Part shown: piece after piece, positions 43,682 to 54,138 of the stretch
Numbering within the stretch: position 1 is the first letter of the stretch
Layout of the letters: every line of letters begins with the position of its first letter
Assembly (NCBI GenBank): GCA_913047325.1
Contig: CAJWTP010000002.1
Span: forward strand, 20,181-84,180
DNA: 64,000 nucleotides
Source: an uncultured Gammaproteobacteria bacterium
GTDB lineage: Bacteria; Pseudomonadota; Gammaproteobacteria; PS1; Pseudothioglobaceae
Direction: 5' to 3'
Notes under the pieces: generated by a model
Database searches by the model: none
Seen by the model: the letters and a program-made list of their open reading frames with translations, nothing else
What the model was told of the DNA's origin: nothing
Program-made: the position numbers and the translations under genes

Positions 43682-44558
43682 AACCCAAAGAAGCCAGAGT
43701 TCTTTTGTCATCAGACCAACCTTGTTTAACCTTAACCCATAATTCCAAAAAAACCTTTTTTTCTAAAAAACCTTCGATGCTTAGCCGCGACTCTTCGCCT
43801 ATTTTTTTGAGCATTTGGCCTTTGTGTCCAATGACTATGCTTTTCTGTGAAGACTTGTCGACAAAAATTCTGGCAGCAATCCGATACATTCTCCCATCCA
43901 AATCAAACTTTTCAATCTCAACAGTTAATTCATACGGTATCTCGTTGGAGAGGTTTCTCATTAACTTTTCGCGAATAAATTCAGCTACTATAAAGCGCTC
44001 TGAACGGTCAGTTATGTAATCTTTTTCGTAGAGTGCATTTTGCTTGGGCAAGTATTTGAGTATCAATTTTTTTAAAGCCTTTGTATGTGAAAGTTTAAAT
44101 GCTGATAGCGGGAACACTTCGTTTGCTTGAATTTTCTCTCTTATTTTTTCTAGATAAGGCAAAACAAGGTCATTGCTATTTAGTTTGTCAATTTTGTTGA
44201 CACAAAGGATAACAGGAATATCGGTTTTATTGACATGTTCTAGAACTCTCTCATCTTCCTTTGTCCATTTACCAACCTCGACGAGCCATAGGATTATGTC
44301 TACCTCAGAAAAACTTGAACTCGCGGCTCTATTCATATATGAATTAATGGCTTTTTTGTCTCCAACATGGATGCCTGGCGTGTCAACATAAATCATTTGA
44401 TATTTTTGTTGAGTGTCTATAGCATTGATTCGGTGCCTGGTTGTTTGAGGTCGATGTGAAGTGATAGATATTTTTTGACCCACCAGTTCATTGATAAGAG
44501 TTGATTTGCCAACATTAGGCCGACCAACTACAGCTATAAAACCAGACTGAAAGCTCAT
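43674..44558 (-). CDS. era: GTPase Era
   Basis: GRPNVGKST, DTPG, NKID, KH domain VIGHKG. Confidence 0.96.
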   Translation of the reverse strand: MSFQSGFIAVVGRPNVGKSTLINELVGQKISITSHRPQTTRHRINAIDTQQKYQMIYVDTPGIHVGDKKAINSYMNRAASSSFSEVDIILWLVEVGKWTKEDERVLEHVNKTDIPVILCVNKIDKLNSNDLVLPYLEKIREKIQANEVFPLSAFKLSHTKALKKLILKYLPKQNALYEKDYITDRSERFIVAEFIREKLMRNLSNEIPYELTVEIEKFDLDGRMYRIAARIFVDKSSQKSIVIGHKGQMLKKIGEESRLSIEGFLEKKVFLELWVKVKQGWSDDKRTLASLGYD

Positions 44559-45220
44559 AGCTTTGATACCATTACTAGAAGAGCTTCGGCGCAAGCTTGT
44601 TCCGCTCTTTTTATGCTTTTTGCGCTCTTTTCCACTTGGATGTTTTCATTATTTAGTGAACAACGTACAGAGAAAATAGCATCATGGTCTTTTCCGCTAG
44701 TTTTAATTAAGTCGTATTGGGGCAGGTCAGAGCCCCTTTTTTGCAAAATTTCCTGTAGTTGAGTTTTGAAATCCTTGAGTGACGTCTCAGGATTGGCCTC
44801 ATCTAGCAATTCTTTATAAAGATTTAATATAACTCTATTAACGGTTGAATAGTCTGAATCAAGAAATATGGCGCCTAAAACAGCTTCAAAAGCATCTGCC
44901 AGTATTGATTCTCTGCGGAAGCCGCCACTTTTGAGTTCTCCCTGTCCTAGTATAAGTTCTTCCGATAGTTGGATTGCTTTTGCTAGCTTTGCAAGCGTCT
45001 GCCCTCTCACTAGATGAGAACGGAGGTGAGATAACTGACCCTCATCGATCAAAGGGAAGCGCTGATATAGCTCGCGAGAAATAATTAAGCCTAAAACACT
45101 GTCTCCCAAAAATTCCAGTCTTTCGTTGTTTTGCTTGCCGACACTCCTGTGCGTTAAAGATTGCTTAAGTAAGTCGATATTATTGAACTTGTAGTCAATG
45201 TTTTTTTGTAATTTTTCCAT
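44555..45220 (-). CDS. rnc: Ribonuclease III
   Basis: NERLEFLGDS, dsRBD KTQLQE. Confidence 0.97.
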   Translation of the reverse strand: MEKLQKNIDYKFNNIDLLKQSLTHRSVGKQNNERLEFLGDSVLGLIISRELYQRFPLIDEGQLSHLRSHLVRGQTLAKLAKAIQLSEELILGQGELKSGGFRRESILADAFEAVLGAIFLDSDYSTVNRVILNLYKELLDEANPETSLKDFKTQLQEILQKRGSDLPQYDLIKTSGKDHDAIFSVRCSLNNENIQVEKSAKSIKRAEQACAEALLVMVSKL

Positions 45221-45236
45221 AAAAAATTAAATCAAT

Positions 45237-46031
45237 TTAGACCGCAATAGGGGCAGGAATCGGCGCATCATGAATATAATTAGAGAATTCGAAGTCATCA
45301 AAGGCATAGTCAAAGATACTGCCAGCTTTTCTTTTAATCACTAGCTCTGGTAAGGTTTTAGGGGTTCGGCTTAATTGCTCATCGACTTGGCTAAAGTGGT
45401 TAGAGTAAATATGGCAATCCCCACCACTCCAGACAAAATCACCAACATCAAGACTGCATTGCTGTGCCACCATATGTGTAAGTAGCGCGTAAGAGGCGAT
45501 ATTAAATGGTACCCCAAGAAAAATATCTGCACTACGCTGATACAGTTGACAAGACAAGCGATTGTTTACAACATAGAACTGAAAAAGTGCATGGCAAGGC
45601 TGCAAGGCCATATTTGAGAGCTCTCCCACATTCCAGCTCGAAACAATAATTCTTCTAGAGTCGGGCGAATTAATGATTAACCTAATTGCTTCAGAAATTT
45701 GATCAATATCTTTACCGTCTGCACCCTTCCAGCGACGCCACTGAGCTCCATACACTGGCCCTAATTCGCCGTTTTCATCGGCCCACTCGTTCCAGATATT
45801 GACATTTTTGTCATTAAGATACCGAATATTAGTATCGCCCTTGAGAAACCATAGCAATTCATGGACAACTGAAGGTAAGTGTATGCGTTTAGTTGTAACC
45901 AATGGAAAGCCGTCATTCAGATTAAAGCGCATCTGGTGCCCGAAATGACTCAATGTACCGGTAGAGGTTCTGTCAGTTTTAACGGCTCCATTTTCTCTGA
46001 CAAGTTGCAAAAAGTCTAAATACTGTTTCAT
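45237..46031 (-). CDS. thyA: Thymidylate synthase
   Basis: [29 protein letters not shown]. Confidence 0.97.
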   Translation of the reverse strand: MKQYLDFLQLVRENGAVKTDRTSTGTLSHFGHQMRFNLNDGFPLVTTKRIHLPSVVHELLWFLKGDTNIRYLNDKNVNIWNEWADENGELGPVYGAQWRRWKGADGKDIDQISEAIRLIINSPDSRRIIVSSWNVGELSNMALQPCHALFQFYVVNNRLSCQLYQRSADIFLGVPFNIASYALLTHMVAQQCSLDVGDFVWSGGDCHIYSNHFSQVDEQLSRTPKTLPELVIKRKAGSIFDYAFDDFEFSNYIHDAPIPAPIAV

Positions 46032-46816
46032 AATTGTTTTCCTGTAAGTTGTGCTTTATAAAATATAAATATGCCAATAATAATCATTGGTAAGCTCAAT
46101 AATTGACCCATAGTTAGCCATTCAAAGGCTAAATATCCTAGCTGAGTATCCGGCATTCTAATAAATTCAATTATAAATCTAAAGAGCCCATAAAGTATCA
46201 AGAATAAAGATGATGGAGTCATCAATGGTCGAGATTTATTGGTAAACAGCCATAAAATCGCAAAAAGCAATATACCCTCCAAAATCGCCTCAAAAAGTTG
46301 TGTTGGATAGCGATATGCCCACTCACCAAGATAATCAGGGGAATACACCCCCCAATAGCTACTAGTAGTCTTACCCCATAGCTCGCCATTGATATAGTTC
46401 CCAATCCTGCCAAAAAATAGGCCTAGAGGCACCAATGGCGCTATGAAGTCTGTTGTTTGAAAAAATGTTTTGCCGGTTTTGCGATTCAATAACATCATTG
46501 AAAGTAATACCCCAATGAAGCCGCCATGAAAAGACATGCCGCCATTTTGAAAACTTAGAAATATTAAAGGGTTATCTAAAAAACTAGGCAAACTATAGAA
46601 TATTAGATAGCCAAAACGTCCACCTATTACAGCACCTAAAGCGCCATAAAAAATAAGATCATCAACCTCCTTATTAGTAAATAAGTGGTTTTTTTTAATT
46701 CTTAGTTTCGCTAATAAATAGGCCGAGATAAATGCCAATAGATACATTACACCATACCAATAGATTTTTACAAAACCTAAATCAAAGATGACAGGGTCAA
46801 TGCTAATGTAATTCAT
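46028..46816 (-). CDS. lgt: Prolipoprotein diacylglyceryl transferase
   Basis: [27 protein letters not shown]. Confidence 0.96.
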   Translation of the reverse strand: MNYISIDPVIFDLGFVKIYWYGVMYLLAFISAYLLAKLRIKKNHLFTNKEVDDLIFYGALGAVIGGRFGYLIFYSLPSFLDNPLIFLSFQNGGMSFHGGFIGVLLSMMLLNRKTGKTFFQTTDFIAPLVPLGLFFGRIGNYINGELWGKTTSSYWGVYSPDYLGEWAYRYPTQLFEAILEGILLFAILWLFTNKSRPLMTPSSLFLILYGLFRFIIEFIRMPDTQLGYLAFEWLTMGQLLSLPMIIIGIFIFYKAQLTGKQL

Positions 46817-46939
46817 AATTTATGTATGAGAAATTATAAGGTAGAACTAGCTATTCAATAAGCCAAAGTAAATGAAAAAAAGAATTAATATCAGTAATAA
46901 AGAAACACTTATTGAGAGTGATATTTAGTAATTATTTAT

Positions 46940-47416
46940 TCAATTAAATCTGATTAATTCAATATCTTTTTTTTGATATAAAGGGTGTCCAGGCTGGCCA
47001 TATTTATTTATCTTTAAACACATAAGATTCGGAATTAATTTTACAACCTGTTTGTCTCTATCGAAAAGAGATCCTTCATTGCCCCAGGCAACAACAGTCA
47101 AATCAACCTTTTTTGAAAGTTCTATAAGATGTTGATCATTATCATCGCCGACTGGATTTTTTACATTTTTCAGTTCAGCAGGTTTTGTCGCTCTGTAAGC
47201 AAATAGATTAGCCACTAGAAGTCTGCCATATCCCCAGTTTTGAGCGTAGTCAATGCATCTACGTATGGTTGGATCGTCAATCTTTTCATCAGCAGTTGAC
47301 GGGTTTAAACCAATAAATAAAACAGTTTTCTTTTTATCATTCCAGGCACGGGAAAGTGCATACCTGTATTTCCTACACTTTGAAAAGGTTGCCTCTTTTT
47401 TAATTAAAAGGCCCAT
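46940..47416 (-). CDS. DUF1643 domain protein
   Basis: YRYALSR.W, FIGLNPSTAD...DDPTIRRC, NLFAYRAT.P, AWG, G.P.HPLY. Confidence 0.88.
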   Translation of the reverse strand: MGLLIKKEATFSKCRKYRYALSRAWNDKKKTVLFIGLNPSTADEKIDDPTIRRCIDYAQNWGYGRLLVANLFAYRATKPAELKNVKNPVGDDNDQHLIELSKKVDLTVVAWGNEGSLFDRDKQVVKLIPNLMCLKINKYGQPGHPLYQKKDIELIRFN

Positions 47417-48384
47417 TCATAAGCATGTAATGCAACAGCGCCACCTGTATGAATAAATAAGATTTTGTCTGAGTCTTTAAAATGCTTATTTTGTATTAAG
47501 TCAATTAAACCAGCAAAAGCTTTTCCAGAATAAACAGGATCTAGAAGGATAGCCTCTTTTGTTGCCAATAGATTGACAGCATCAGTCATGCCCTTAGTTG
47601 GAACACCATAGCCACCACCCACATAGTCATCAAACACTTCAACATATTCACGTTTTGGTTCATCGCATTGAATATATTTACAACCATCTTGAGCCAGTTT
47701 AAAAACTTTTTCTTCTTGGTCATACTTGTTGTCTTTAACACTGATGCCAATAATCTTTATATTGCTTTTGTAATATGATTTTCCTGCAACAATGCCTGAA
47801 TGAGTTCCACCACTGCCACTTGCTAGGACTATGTGAGTATATAAGTTGTCTTTATCGTGTTCAATAATCTCTCTCAAACATTCAACATATCCAAGTTGTC
47901 CAATACTATTACTGCCACCAACAGGAATATAGTAGGGATTTGCGCCTTTATTTTTTCTTTCGTTCATTATCTCTTCAGCATACTCCTTCACATCTCTGTC
48001 TATAGGGCAGATTACTATTTCAGCGCCAAAAAGCTTTTCTAGGAAAACATTGCCTGATGTCATATAAGCATTTGGAGCCTCCGTTAATCTTTGTTCTAAA
48101 ACAATAAGACATTTCAAACCAAGTTTTGCGCATGCAGCTGCAGTCTGTCGAGTATGATTCGATTGAACAGCGCCAACTGTTACAACTAAATCTGCCTGAT
48201 TATTAATAGCATCCGGCATTAAAAATTCGAGTTTTCTTGTTTTGTTTCCACCTGTTGCTAGACCAGTACAATCATCCCTTTTGATATATATATCGGGACC
48301 TTTTAAATAAACGGAAATATTATTTAAATACTCTATTGGGGTAGGGAAATGCCCTAAATTAATTCTATTAAATTTATCATTCAT
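47404..48384 (-). CDS. PLP enzyme of the D-cysteine desulfhydrase / L-cysteate sulfo-lyase / ACC deaminase family
   Basis: KRDDCTGLATGGNKTRKLEFL, QSNH, LDPVYSGK, HTGG. Confidence 0.88.
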   Translation of the reverse strand: MNDKFNRINLGHFPTPIEYLNNISVYLKGPDIYIKRDDCTGLATGGNKTRKLEFLMPDAINNQADLVVTVGAVQSNHTRQTAAACAKLGLKCLIVLEQRLTEAPNAYMTSGNVFLEKLFGAEIVICPIDRDVKEYAEEIMNERKNKGANPYYIPVGGSNSIGQLGYVECLREIIEHDKDNLYTHIVLASGSGGTHSGIVAGKSYYKSNIKIIGISVKDNKYDQEEKVFKLAQDGCKYIQCDEPKREYVEVFDDYVGGGYGVPTKGMTDAVNLLATKEAILLDPVYSGKAFAGLIDLIQNKHFKDSDKILFIHTGGAVALHAYEWAF

Positions 48385-48416
48385 ATTAATTCAACTTATA
48401 TATATTAAAAAGATCT

Positions 48417-49913
48417 TTACAGTCTTTTTTTACCTTGTATTACTCTATCTAGTATTAGTGCGCAGAATAAGATAGCGATACCAGCCAATATGCCCTGTCC
48501 AACATTTGCGTATTGCAATGCCTCCAAAACATCTTGACCTAAACCTTTAGCGCCAATTAAGGAAGCAACAACAACCATAGCTAAACTCAACATAACAGTT
48601 TGATTAACACCTGCAAGGATAGTAGGCATTGCAAGAGGTAGATCAACTTTTGTCAAGAGATACCATTTAGAGGCTCCATAGGCTATGGCTGCCTCTCTAA
48701 TACTTTCTGGAACACCTCTTAAGCCTAATACAGTAAGCCTAACTACAGGAGTTCCACCAAAAATCATTGTAATAATTACTGCAGAAACCTTTCCGGTTCC
48801 AAAAAAAGCGATAACAGGAATCATAAATACAAATGCAGGCATAGTTTGCATAAAGTCCATGATTGGTCTAATGAATGAATAGAACTTTGGTCTGGTAGCA
48901 CAATAAATTCCCAGAGGTATTCCAATAGAGATGCTAAGAATTGCTGCAGTTCCTAATAAAGCCAAAGTTGTCATTGCTTTAACCCAAAATCCTAAAAACC
49001 CCATATATGCCAAAAATGAGAGAGAATAGAGCGCTGCTCTTGGTCCTGCAGAGAGTCCAGTCATCAAGACAATAGCACTTATGACCACAATCCATGGTGT
49101 TTTAACAAATAGCATCTCCAGTGAATCTAGTACGGTTCTTATTCCATATGTAATAGAACTAAAAAGAGCATCACCCTTAATAACTGCATAATCAAAGGCC
49201 CCTTCTACACCATCTATTGAGGCAAGCCTTATATCTGGATGAGTGGGAAAGACGTCAAACAGCTTCACTAAATCTGGAAAACTATAGTGAATTGTCGAAA
49301 AGACAATAATTATCAGCGCAAAACTTATACTCAACAGGTAATTTATTAATTCCATTCCTGGACTGATAAGCTTATTTGAAAGCCATTCAGAAAATCTCTT
49401 TTCTAAAATTGAATTGGCAAATACTCCTTGTAGCACTCTTATAAGAATAAATATAAAAATTCCAGCAATGGCAATTGAAACTCCAGAAGCTTCTATACGT
49501 TGAGCCTCTTGTAAGTAACCAGCAATTGAATCTTCCAGTGACTTGATCGTTCTTCTGAACATGTCAACTTTGTCTGAATTACTTTCTATTGCAGCTTGGA
49601 GCTGTTTCTGTCGAAAATCAATCGTTGACTGAATTTGATCAATTTTTTTATAAGCCTCTATACTAATATCTCCAAAGAAGCCCCTAACAATTTGAACAAT
49701 AGCAAAAGTTTCAATAATTAAAAATGCCAGTGACCAGTTCCATATATTTCTAATTCCAAACCATGTTGAGCCAAATAAAAAGGCTGCTAAATTAAATGAA
49801 AAAATAAACTTTGAGGCATTGTTGATTCGCTCAAATTCATGAATATAGTAGTCAGGATTAGTTTTTACAAAATCTTTAATTCGATTTGTATTTAGATAGT
49901 TATTTTCACTCAT
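48417..49913 (-). CDS. ProW-type ABC permease with long N-terminal extension (DUF2628-like)
   Basis: C-terminal MDFMQTMPAFVF, GVNQTVMLSLAMVVVASLIGAKGLG; N-terminal FNLAAFLFG..W motif. Confidence 0.85.
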   Translation of the reverse strand: MSENNYLNTNRIKDFVKTNPDYYIHEFERINNASKFIFSFNLAAFLFGSTWFGIRNIWNWSLAFLIIETFAIVQIVRGFFGDISIEAYKKIDQIQSTIDFRQKQLQAAIESNSDKVDMFRRTIKSLEDSIAGYLQEAQRIEASGVSIAIAGIFIFILIRVLQGVFANSILEKRFSEWLSNKLISPGMELINYLLSISFALIIIVFSTIHYSFPDLVKLFDVFPTHPDIRLASIDGVEGAFDYAVIKGDALFSSITYGIRTVLDSLEMLFVKTPWIVVISAIVLMTGLSAGPRAALYSLSFLAYMGFLGFWVKAMTTLALLGTAAILSISIGIPLGIYCATRPKFYSFIRPIMDFMQTMPAFVFMIPVIAFFGTGKVSAVIITMIFGGTPVVRLTVLGLRGVPESIREAAIAYGASKWYLLTKVDLPLAMPTILAGVNQTVMLSLAMVVVASLIGAKGLGQDVLEALQYANVGQGILAGIAILFCALILDRVIQGKKRL

Positions 49914-50970
49914 CTTGACCCTCAACAATAGAAACCAGTAGATCTTTATGAGATATCACACCAACATCATGACTAGCTGAATTTGTTATAACAATAGGCT
50001 TATCACTTGCGACAGAATTTTCAATTAAACTACTTAAAACATCATTTTCATTCATTCTTACCGCATCTTTTGGAATATCGCCATAACTCTTAGTATATTC
50101 ATCTATTGGCTTCATAATTGATCTTGCTTTTACAACTTCGAGTCTTGAAATCCCTTTCACAAAGTCTGCCACATAAACATCCTCTGGCTTCATGACTATT
50201 TCTTCAGGGGTCCCTACTTGAATAACTTTGCCATCCCTCATAATTGCAATACGATGGCCAACTTTAACTGCCTCATCTAGGTCATGAGTGATAAAGACTG
50301 TTGTTTTTTTTAATTTTTTTGATAGCTTAATAAACTCTATTTGAAGCTGCCTTCTGATTAATGGATCTAGGGCACTAAAAGGTTCATCCATTAATAATAT
50401 CTCAGGATCAGCCGCCAAAGCTCTTGCCAATCCTACACGCTGTTGCATACCACCGGAGAGCTCATGTGCATATTTATTACCCCACCCTGTAAGTTCAACT
50501 GTATTTAAAATTTCATTCGCCTGTGCGTATCTTTTATTTTTATTAATACCTCTAATCTCTAATGGCATAGCAATGTTATCAATTACAGATCGATGGGGCA
50601 TTAAGGCAAAATTTTGAAACACCATACCAATCTTTTTATTTCTAAATTCTTGAAGTTGATTTTTTTCTAATGCCATTACATCTTGCCCATCAATTAAGAT
50701 CTTCCCAAGTGTCGGCTCAAGCAACCTATTAATATGTCTTACAAGGGTTGATTTACCGCTTCCAGAAAGTCCCATGACGCAGAATATTTCCCCTGGATTA
50801 ACATCAAATGAAACATCGGAGACGCCAATTACCGAGTTGTACTTCTCTAAAGCATCTTGCTTAGAAATATTCTTTTTAGTTATTGCTTCTATGGCTTCTG
50901 CAGATGTATTTCCAAATATCTTTGAAATATTTTGAATTTCAATGAAGCTTCCAGAGTTTTGAGACGACAT
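49906..50970 (-). CDS. ProV-type ABC ATPase
   Basis: [40 protein letters not shown]. Confidence 0.92.
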   Translation of the reverse strand: MSSQNSGSFIEIQNISKIFGNTSAEAIEAITKKNISKQDALEKYNSVIGVSDVSFDVNPGEIFCVMGLSGSGKSTLVRHINRLLEPTLGKILIDGQDVMALEKNQLQEFRNKKIGMVFQNFALMPHRSVIDNIAMPLEIRGINKNKRYAQANEILNTVELTGWGNKYAHELSGGMQQRVGLARALAADPEILLMDEPFSALDPLIRRQLQIEFIKLSKKLKKTTVFITHDLDEAVKVGHRIAIMRDGKVIQVGTPEEIVMKPEDVYVADFVKGISRLEVVKARSIMKPIDEYTKSYGDIPKDAVRMNENDVLSSLIENSVASDKPIVITNSASHDVGVISHKDLLVSIVEGQDE

Positions 50971-50988
50971 AATATTTATTTTTAAAGA

Positions 50989-51016
50989 AAAAACCGGCGC
51001 CTAAAACGCCGGTTTT
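50989..51016. terminator. Hairpin/terminator between SBP and ATPase genes
   Basis: AAAACCGGCG-CCTAAAA-CGCCGGTTTT. Confidence 0.8.
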
Positions 51017-51033
51017 AAGACGAACTAGTTAAA

Positions 51034-51996
51034 TTATAAACCTAACCAGCCATCAACAGTACCTTCGTTTTTAGACATCCAATCTCTAGCAACTTCTGCA
51101 GGATCTCTCTTATTAACAGACACTTCATAAGCTAGCCATGAAACATCATCAGATGTAAGCTGGAAGTTATTGAAAAACTCAACAATTGCTGGTGACTTAG
51201 CTTCTAACGAAGTACCCCAACCAATTTGAATATTCTTCAATGCATCCTTTGAAGCTACATATGATTTTGTATACCAATCTGCATCAGTTTTTGGTTGAAT
51301 CATTATGTATTTCTCTGGGTCATGAGTAGGCTCAGTCAACATAACAACATCAGCCATTCCCCAAATAGCGTGTGGCTTATAGCAATAGAATGCATAACCT
51401 TCGCCTTTCTTAATTGAGTCTAATACTCGAGCATTTTTTACAGCTTCAGCAGCTCTAATTGGCTCAATTCCAGCATCAAGTAGTTGGTAATCTCTTACCT
51501 TGACCTCATTTACATTTGCAGACGCCCATCCATCAGCACCAATCCAAAACTCGCCTTTACCGTTGCCATCACTATCCATGGCTGCAACAACTTCAGGTCT
51601 ACCAAGATCAAAAATTGAAGTTATATTCATCTCTTTTGCAAAATCTTGAGAGACACAGTAACCTTGGTTCCCTTCGTAACTTAGAGAACTTAACCTAAGT
51701 GTTCCCTTAGGAACTAGGTCATTAGTGTAGGCCTGTTGGTTAGGTAACCAGATATCAGGGTGAACTTCAATTTCACCTTTACTTCTATCAATAGCTCCAT
51801 ATATAGCTGTATTGTTTCCAGGAACAAGCTCCACTTCGCCACCCATTTTGTCAGTAATAACTGCAGACAGCAAGTTAGCAATTGCAGTTGCTCCTGTCCA
51901 ACCTGGATCACCGATATTAACTTTTTCTGCATAGCTAGACATTGACATAGTCAATGCAATTAATCCTGCTATGAAAGTCTTACTTAATATTTTCAT
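51034..51996 (-). CDS. ProX/OpuAC-family substrate-binding protein
   Basis: Signal peptide, HPDIWLPNQ, DSDGNGKGEFWIGA.GW, terminal VDGWL; first gene of the ABC cluster. Confidence 0.85.
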   Translation of the reverse strand: MKILSKTFIAGLIALTMSMSSYAEKVNIGDPGWTGATAIANLLSAVITDKMGGEVELVPGNNTAIYGAIDRSKGEIEVHPDIWLPNQQAYTNDLVPKGTLRLSSLSYEGNQGYCVSQDFAKEMNITSIFDLGRPEVVAAMDSDGNGKGEFWIGADGWASANVNEVKVRDYQLLDAGIEPIRAAEAVKNARVLDSIKKGEGYAFYCYKPHAIWGMADVVMLTEPTHDPEKYIMIQPKTDADWYTKSYVASKDALKNIQIGWGTSLEAKSPAIVEFFNNFQLTSDDVSWLAYEVSVNKRDPAEVARDWMSKNEGTVDGWLGL

Positions 51997-52210
51997 TTTT
52001 TCTACTCCTTATAGTTATTTTTTGTACAATTGTTTCATTTAAATAAAATAAAGTACAAATGTAGTATATCATCAATGTTACTACTTATCTAAAGAATAAA
52101 ACAAAAATAAATTGAATGCATAAAATATATATTTAAGTATGTAACTATTTCAAAAAAAAATAATTAGAGTGAGCTGTAGAAAAGCAAAGTTAATGTGAGG
52201 AATTAAGAAA

Positions 52211-53086
52211 ATGACATCAAGTAATTTGAGTACTGAGCAGATAAAAGAGCGTTTAACTTTAGATTTTAATACTTATCCTAAAGAAGTGCAAAAAGCTGCC
52301 AAATATTTAATTAGTAATACATTTGAAATTCCACTATATTCTATTCGTAAGATTTCAAAAAAGGCACTAATCAGCCCATCAACTTTGGTGCGCTTGGTTA
52401 AACTACTTGGTTTTCAACGCTATGATGAGTTTAAGAATATTTACATTGAAGACGCTAAAAAGTCTGTCTCCCACTTCACTCTAAAAGCTCAAAGGATTCA
52501 GCAACAAAAAACCGATAAATCTTTTCAGTCTTTTGAAAAATTTGCGTTGCAAACTATGGATTGTGTTCTTAATGACGAAGTGTACGACAAAATAGATCCA
52601 TTACTAGACCACATCCTAAGCTCGAAAAATATCTATATTTTGGGAATGAGAGGTAGTTTCTCTCTTGCCTTCTACTTACATTATTTGCTTCACATGATGT
52701 TGCCTAATGTGAATTTGATTCGTGATCAAGAAGGTATGCTATTAAGCGAAATTAATCGTATGGATAACAACGATTTAGTGTTTGTATTTGGAATTTCTCC
52801 ATTATCTCAGTCAAGTAAATTTGCAATTAATCAAATTGTTAAAAGACAACCAAAAATACTTGTTTTAACGAATGAAATTATCGCAAATATCGTACCAGAT
52901 GCGACTCAATTGATTTCACTTGGCAACCACTCACAAACATTATTACCAAGCTTTATACCCTTTGTTGCTTTTTCTGAAATGCTAGTTTCCAAGTTGATCT
53001 CCAAAGGCGAGAAGAGAATTCTGGACTATATCAAACGCACTGAAACTGAACTCTCTGATGTTGGTATGTTTGTCAAACCGGTTTAG
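52211..53086 (+). CDS. MurR/RpiR-family transcriptional regulator
   Basis: SPSTLVRLVKLLGFQRYDEFK HTH; SIS domain IYILGMRGS. Confidence 0.9.
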   Translation: MTSSNLSTEQIKERLTLDFNTYPKEVQKAAKYLISNTFEIPLYSIRKISKKALISPSTLVRLVKLLGFQRYDEFKNIYIEDAKKSVSHFTLKAQRIQQQKTDKSFQSFEKFALQTMDCVLNDEVYDKIDPLLDHILSSKNIYILGMRGSFSLAFYLHYLLHMMLPNVNLIRDQEGMLLSEINRMDNNDLVFVFGISPLSQSSKFAINQIVKRQPKILVLTNEIIANIVPDATQLISLGNHSQTLLPSFIPFVAFSEMLVSKLISKGEKRILDYIKRTETELSDVGMFVKPV

Positions 53087-53143
53087 TCTGCTGACACAAT
53101 CTCAATTCTGATAAAAGTTGAGGTTAGATATTTAATCTTACTA

Positions 53144-53893
53144 TTAAAGTAGAAAATCCTTAATTAACTTATTAAATAATAATGGTTCTTCCATGTGCGA
53201 ATTATGGGCGCAGTTTTCAATTATCTTAATTCGAGAATCTGCTATTCCATTTCTTAAAATTTCTTGCTGAGCCCAATCATAGGAACGATCCTTAGTTGAC
53301 CAAATAATAAGTGTTGGGCATTTAATATGTTTTAGCTTTGCTTTACCATCCCAACCCTCCCAAGCATCAAGGCTAGCAAGTGCAGCTTGTGTTGTAGCTT
53401 TTTTCCCCTCTTCAAGGCACAGTTTATATCCTTCACCCTCTAAATAATCAACAAACCATGTTTTTGCTATTTTTCTTCTAACTTGTTCTAAACCAAGTGA
53501 CTTAATGCTTGCTCTAGACTCTTCAATAGTTTCAAATCTATTTGGTAAAACTCCAATAGAGCCAGTACCAAAACAAATTAACTTATTTATGCGTCCTGGG
53601 TATAGAGCGGTCATTTCTTGAACTACCATGCCGCCCATCGAATGACCAAGCAAATTAAACTTTTCTATTCCTAAATAATTTAATAGATCAAATACTTGAT
53701 TTGCATTTTCTATTATTGTTGATGGAGAGATTAAATGTGAACTCTCTCCATATCCTGCTAAAGATGGCATTATTAAATCATAATAATTCATTAATTCTTC
53801 TTGAAATTTCCACATGGATTGTCCTCCTAGGTATCCATGAATTAAGACCAGTGGGTACCCAACTCCTATTCTTTTATAAGATAAACGATTCAT
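53144..53893 (-). CDS. Alpha/beta hydrolase
   Basis: LIHGYLG, GHSMGG nucleophile elbow, C-terminal AHNSH.E.P. Confidence 0.9.
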   Translation of the reverse strand: MNRLSYKRIGVGYPLVLIHGYLGGQSMWKFQEELMNYYDLIMPSLAGYGESSHLISPSTIIENANQVFDLLNYLGIEKFNLLGHSMGGMVVQEMTALYPGRINKLICFGTGSIGVLPNRFETIEESRASIKSLGLEQVRRKIAKTWFVDYLEGEGYKLCLEEGKKATTQAALASLDAWEGWDGKAKLKHIKCPTLIIWSTKDRSYDWAQQEILRNGIADSRIKIIENCAHNSHMEEPLLFNKLIKDFLL

Positions 53894-53925
53894 TTACACT
53901 CCTCATGAGGTATGACTAAATAAAT

Positions 53926-54002
53926 TGGCGCGTCCGAGGTGATTCGAACACCCGACAGTCGGCTTCGGAGGCCGACACTCTATCCAGCTGAGCTACGGAC
54001 GC
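53926..54002 (-). tRNA. tRNA-Arg(CCG)
   Basis: GCGTCCGTAGCTCAGCTGGATAGAG...TCGGC-CTCCGAA-GCCGA...GTTCGAATC...GGACGCGCCA; 77 nt with encoded CCA. Confidence 0.97.
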
Positions 54003-54138
54003 AATTCTTTAAATATTCAAGATAAAAAATAAGTTCATCTTTTCTTTACAAATATAAATCAAAAAAATAGTAAAATCATAACGAAATTTCCACTTTAATT
54101 TCATTATATTGGCTTATTGAGCAATTATTTAATTTATT

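Noticed and set aside
46817-46939. att duplication of the tRNA-Arg 3' end bounding the islet
   Set aside because: No copy of the tRNA 3' sequence seen and no integrase, so not called a mobile element
52023-52152. Candidate RpiR operators TGTACAATTGTTTCA and TGTAACTATTTCA
   Set aside because: Different spacings and AT-rich context; cannot be supported without comparison
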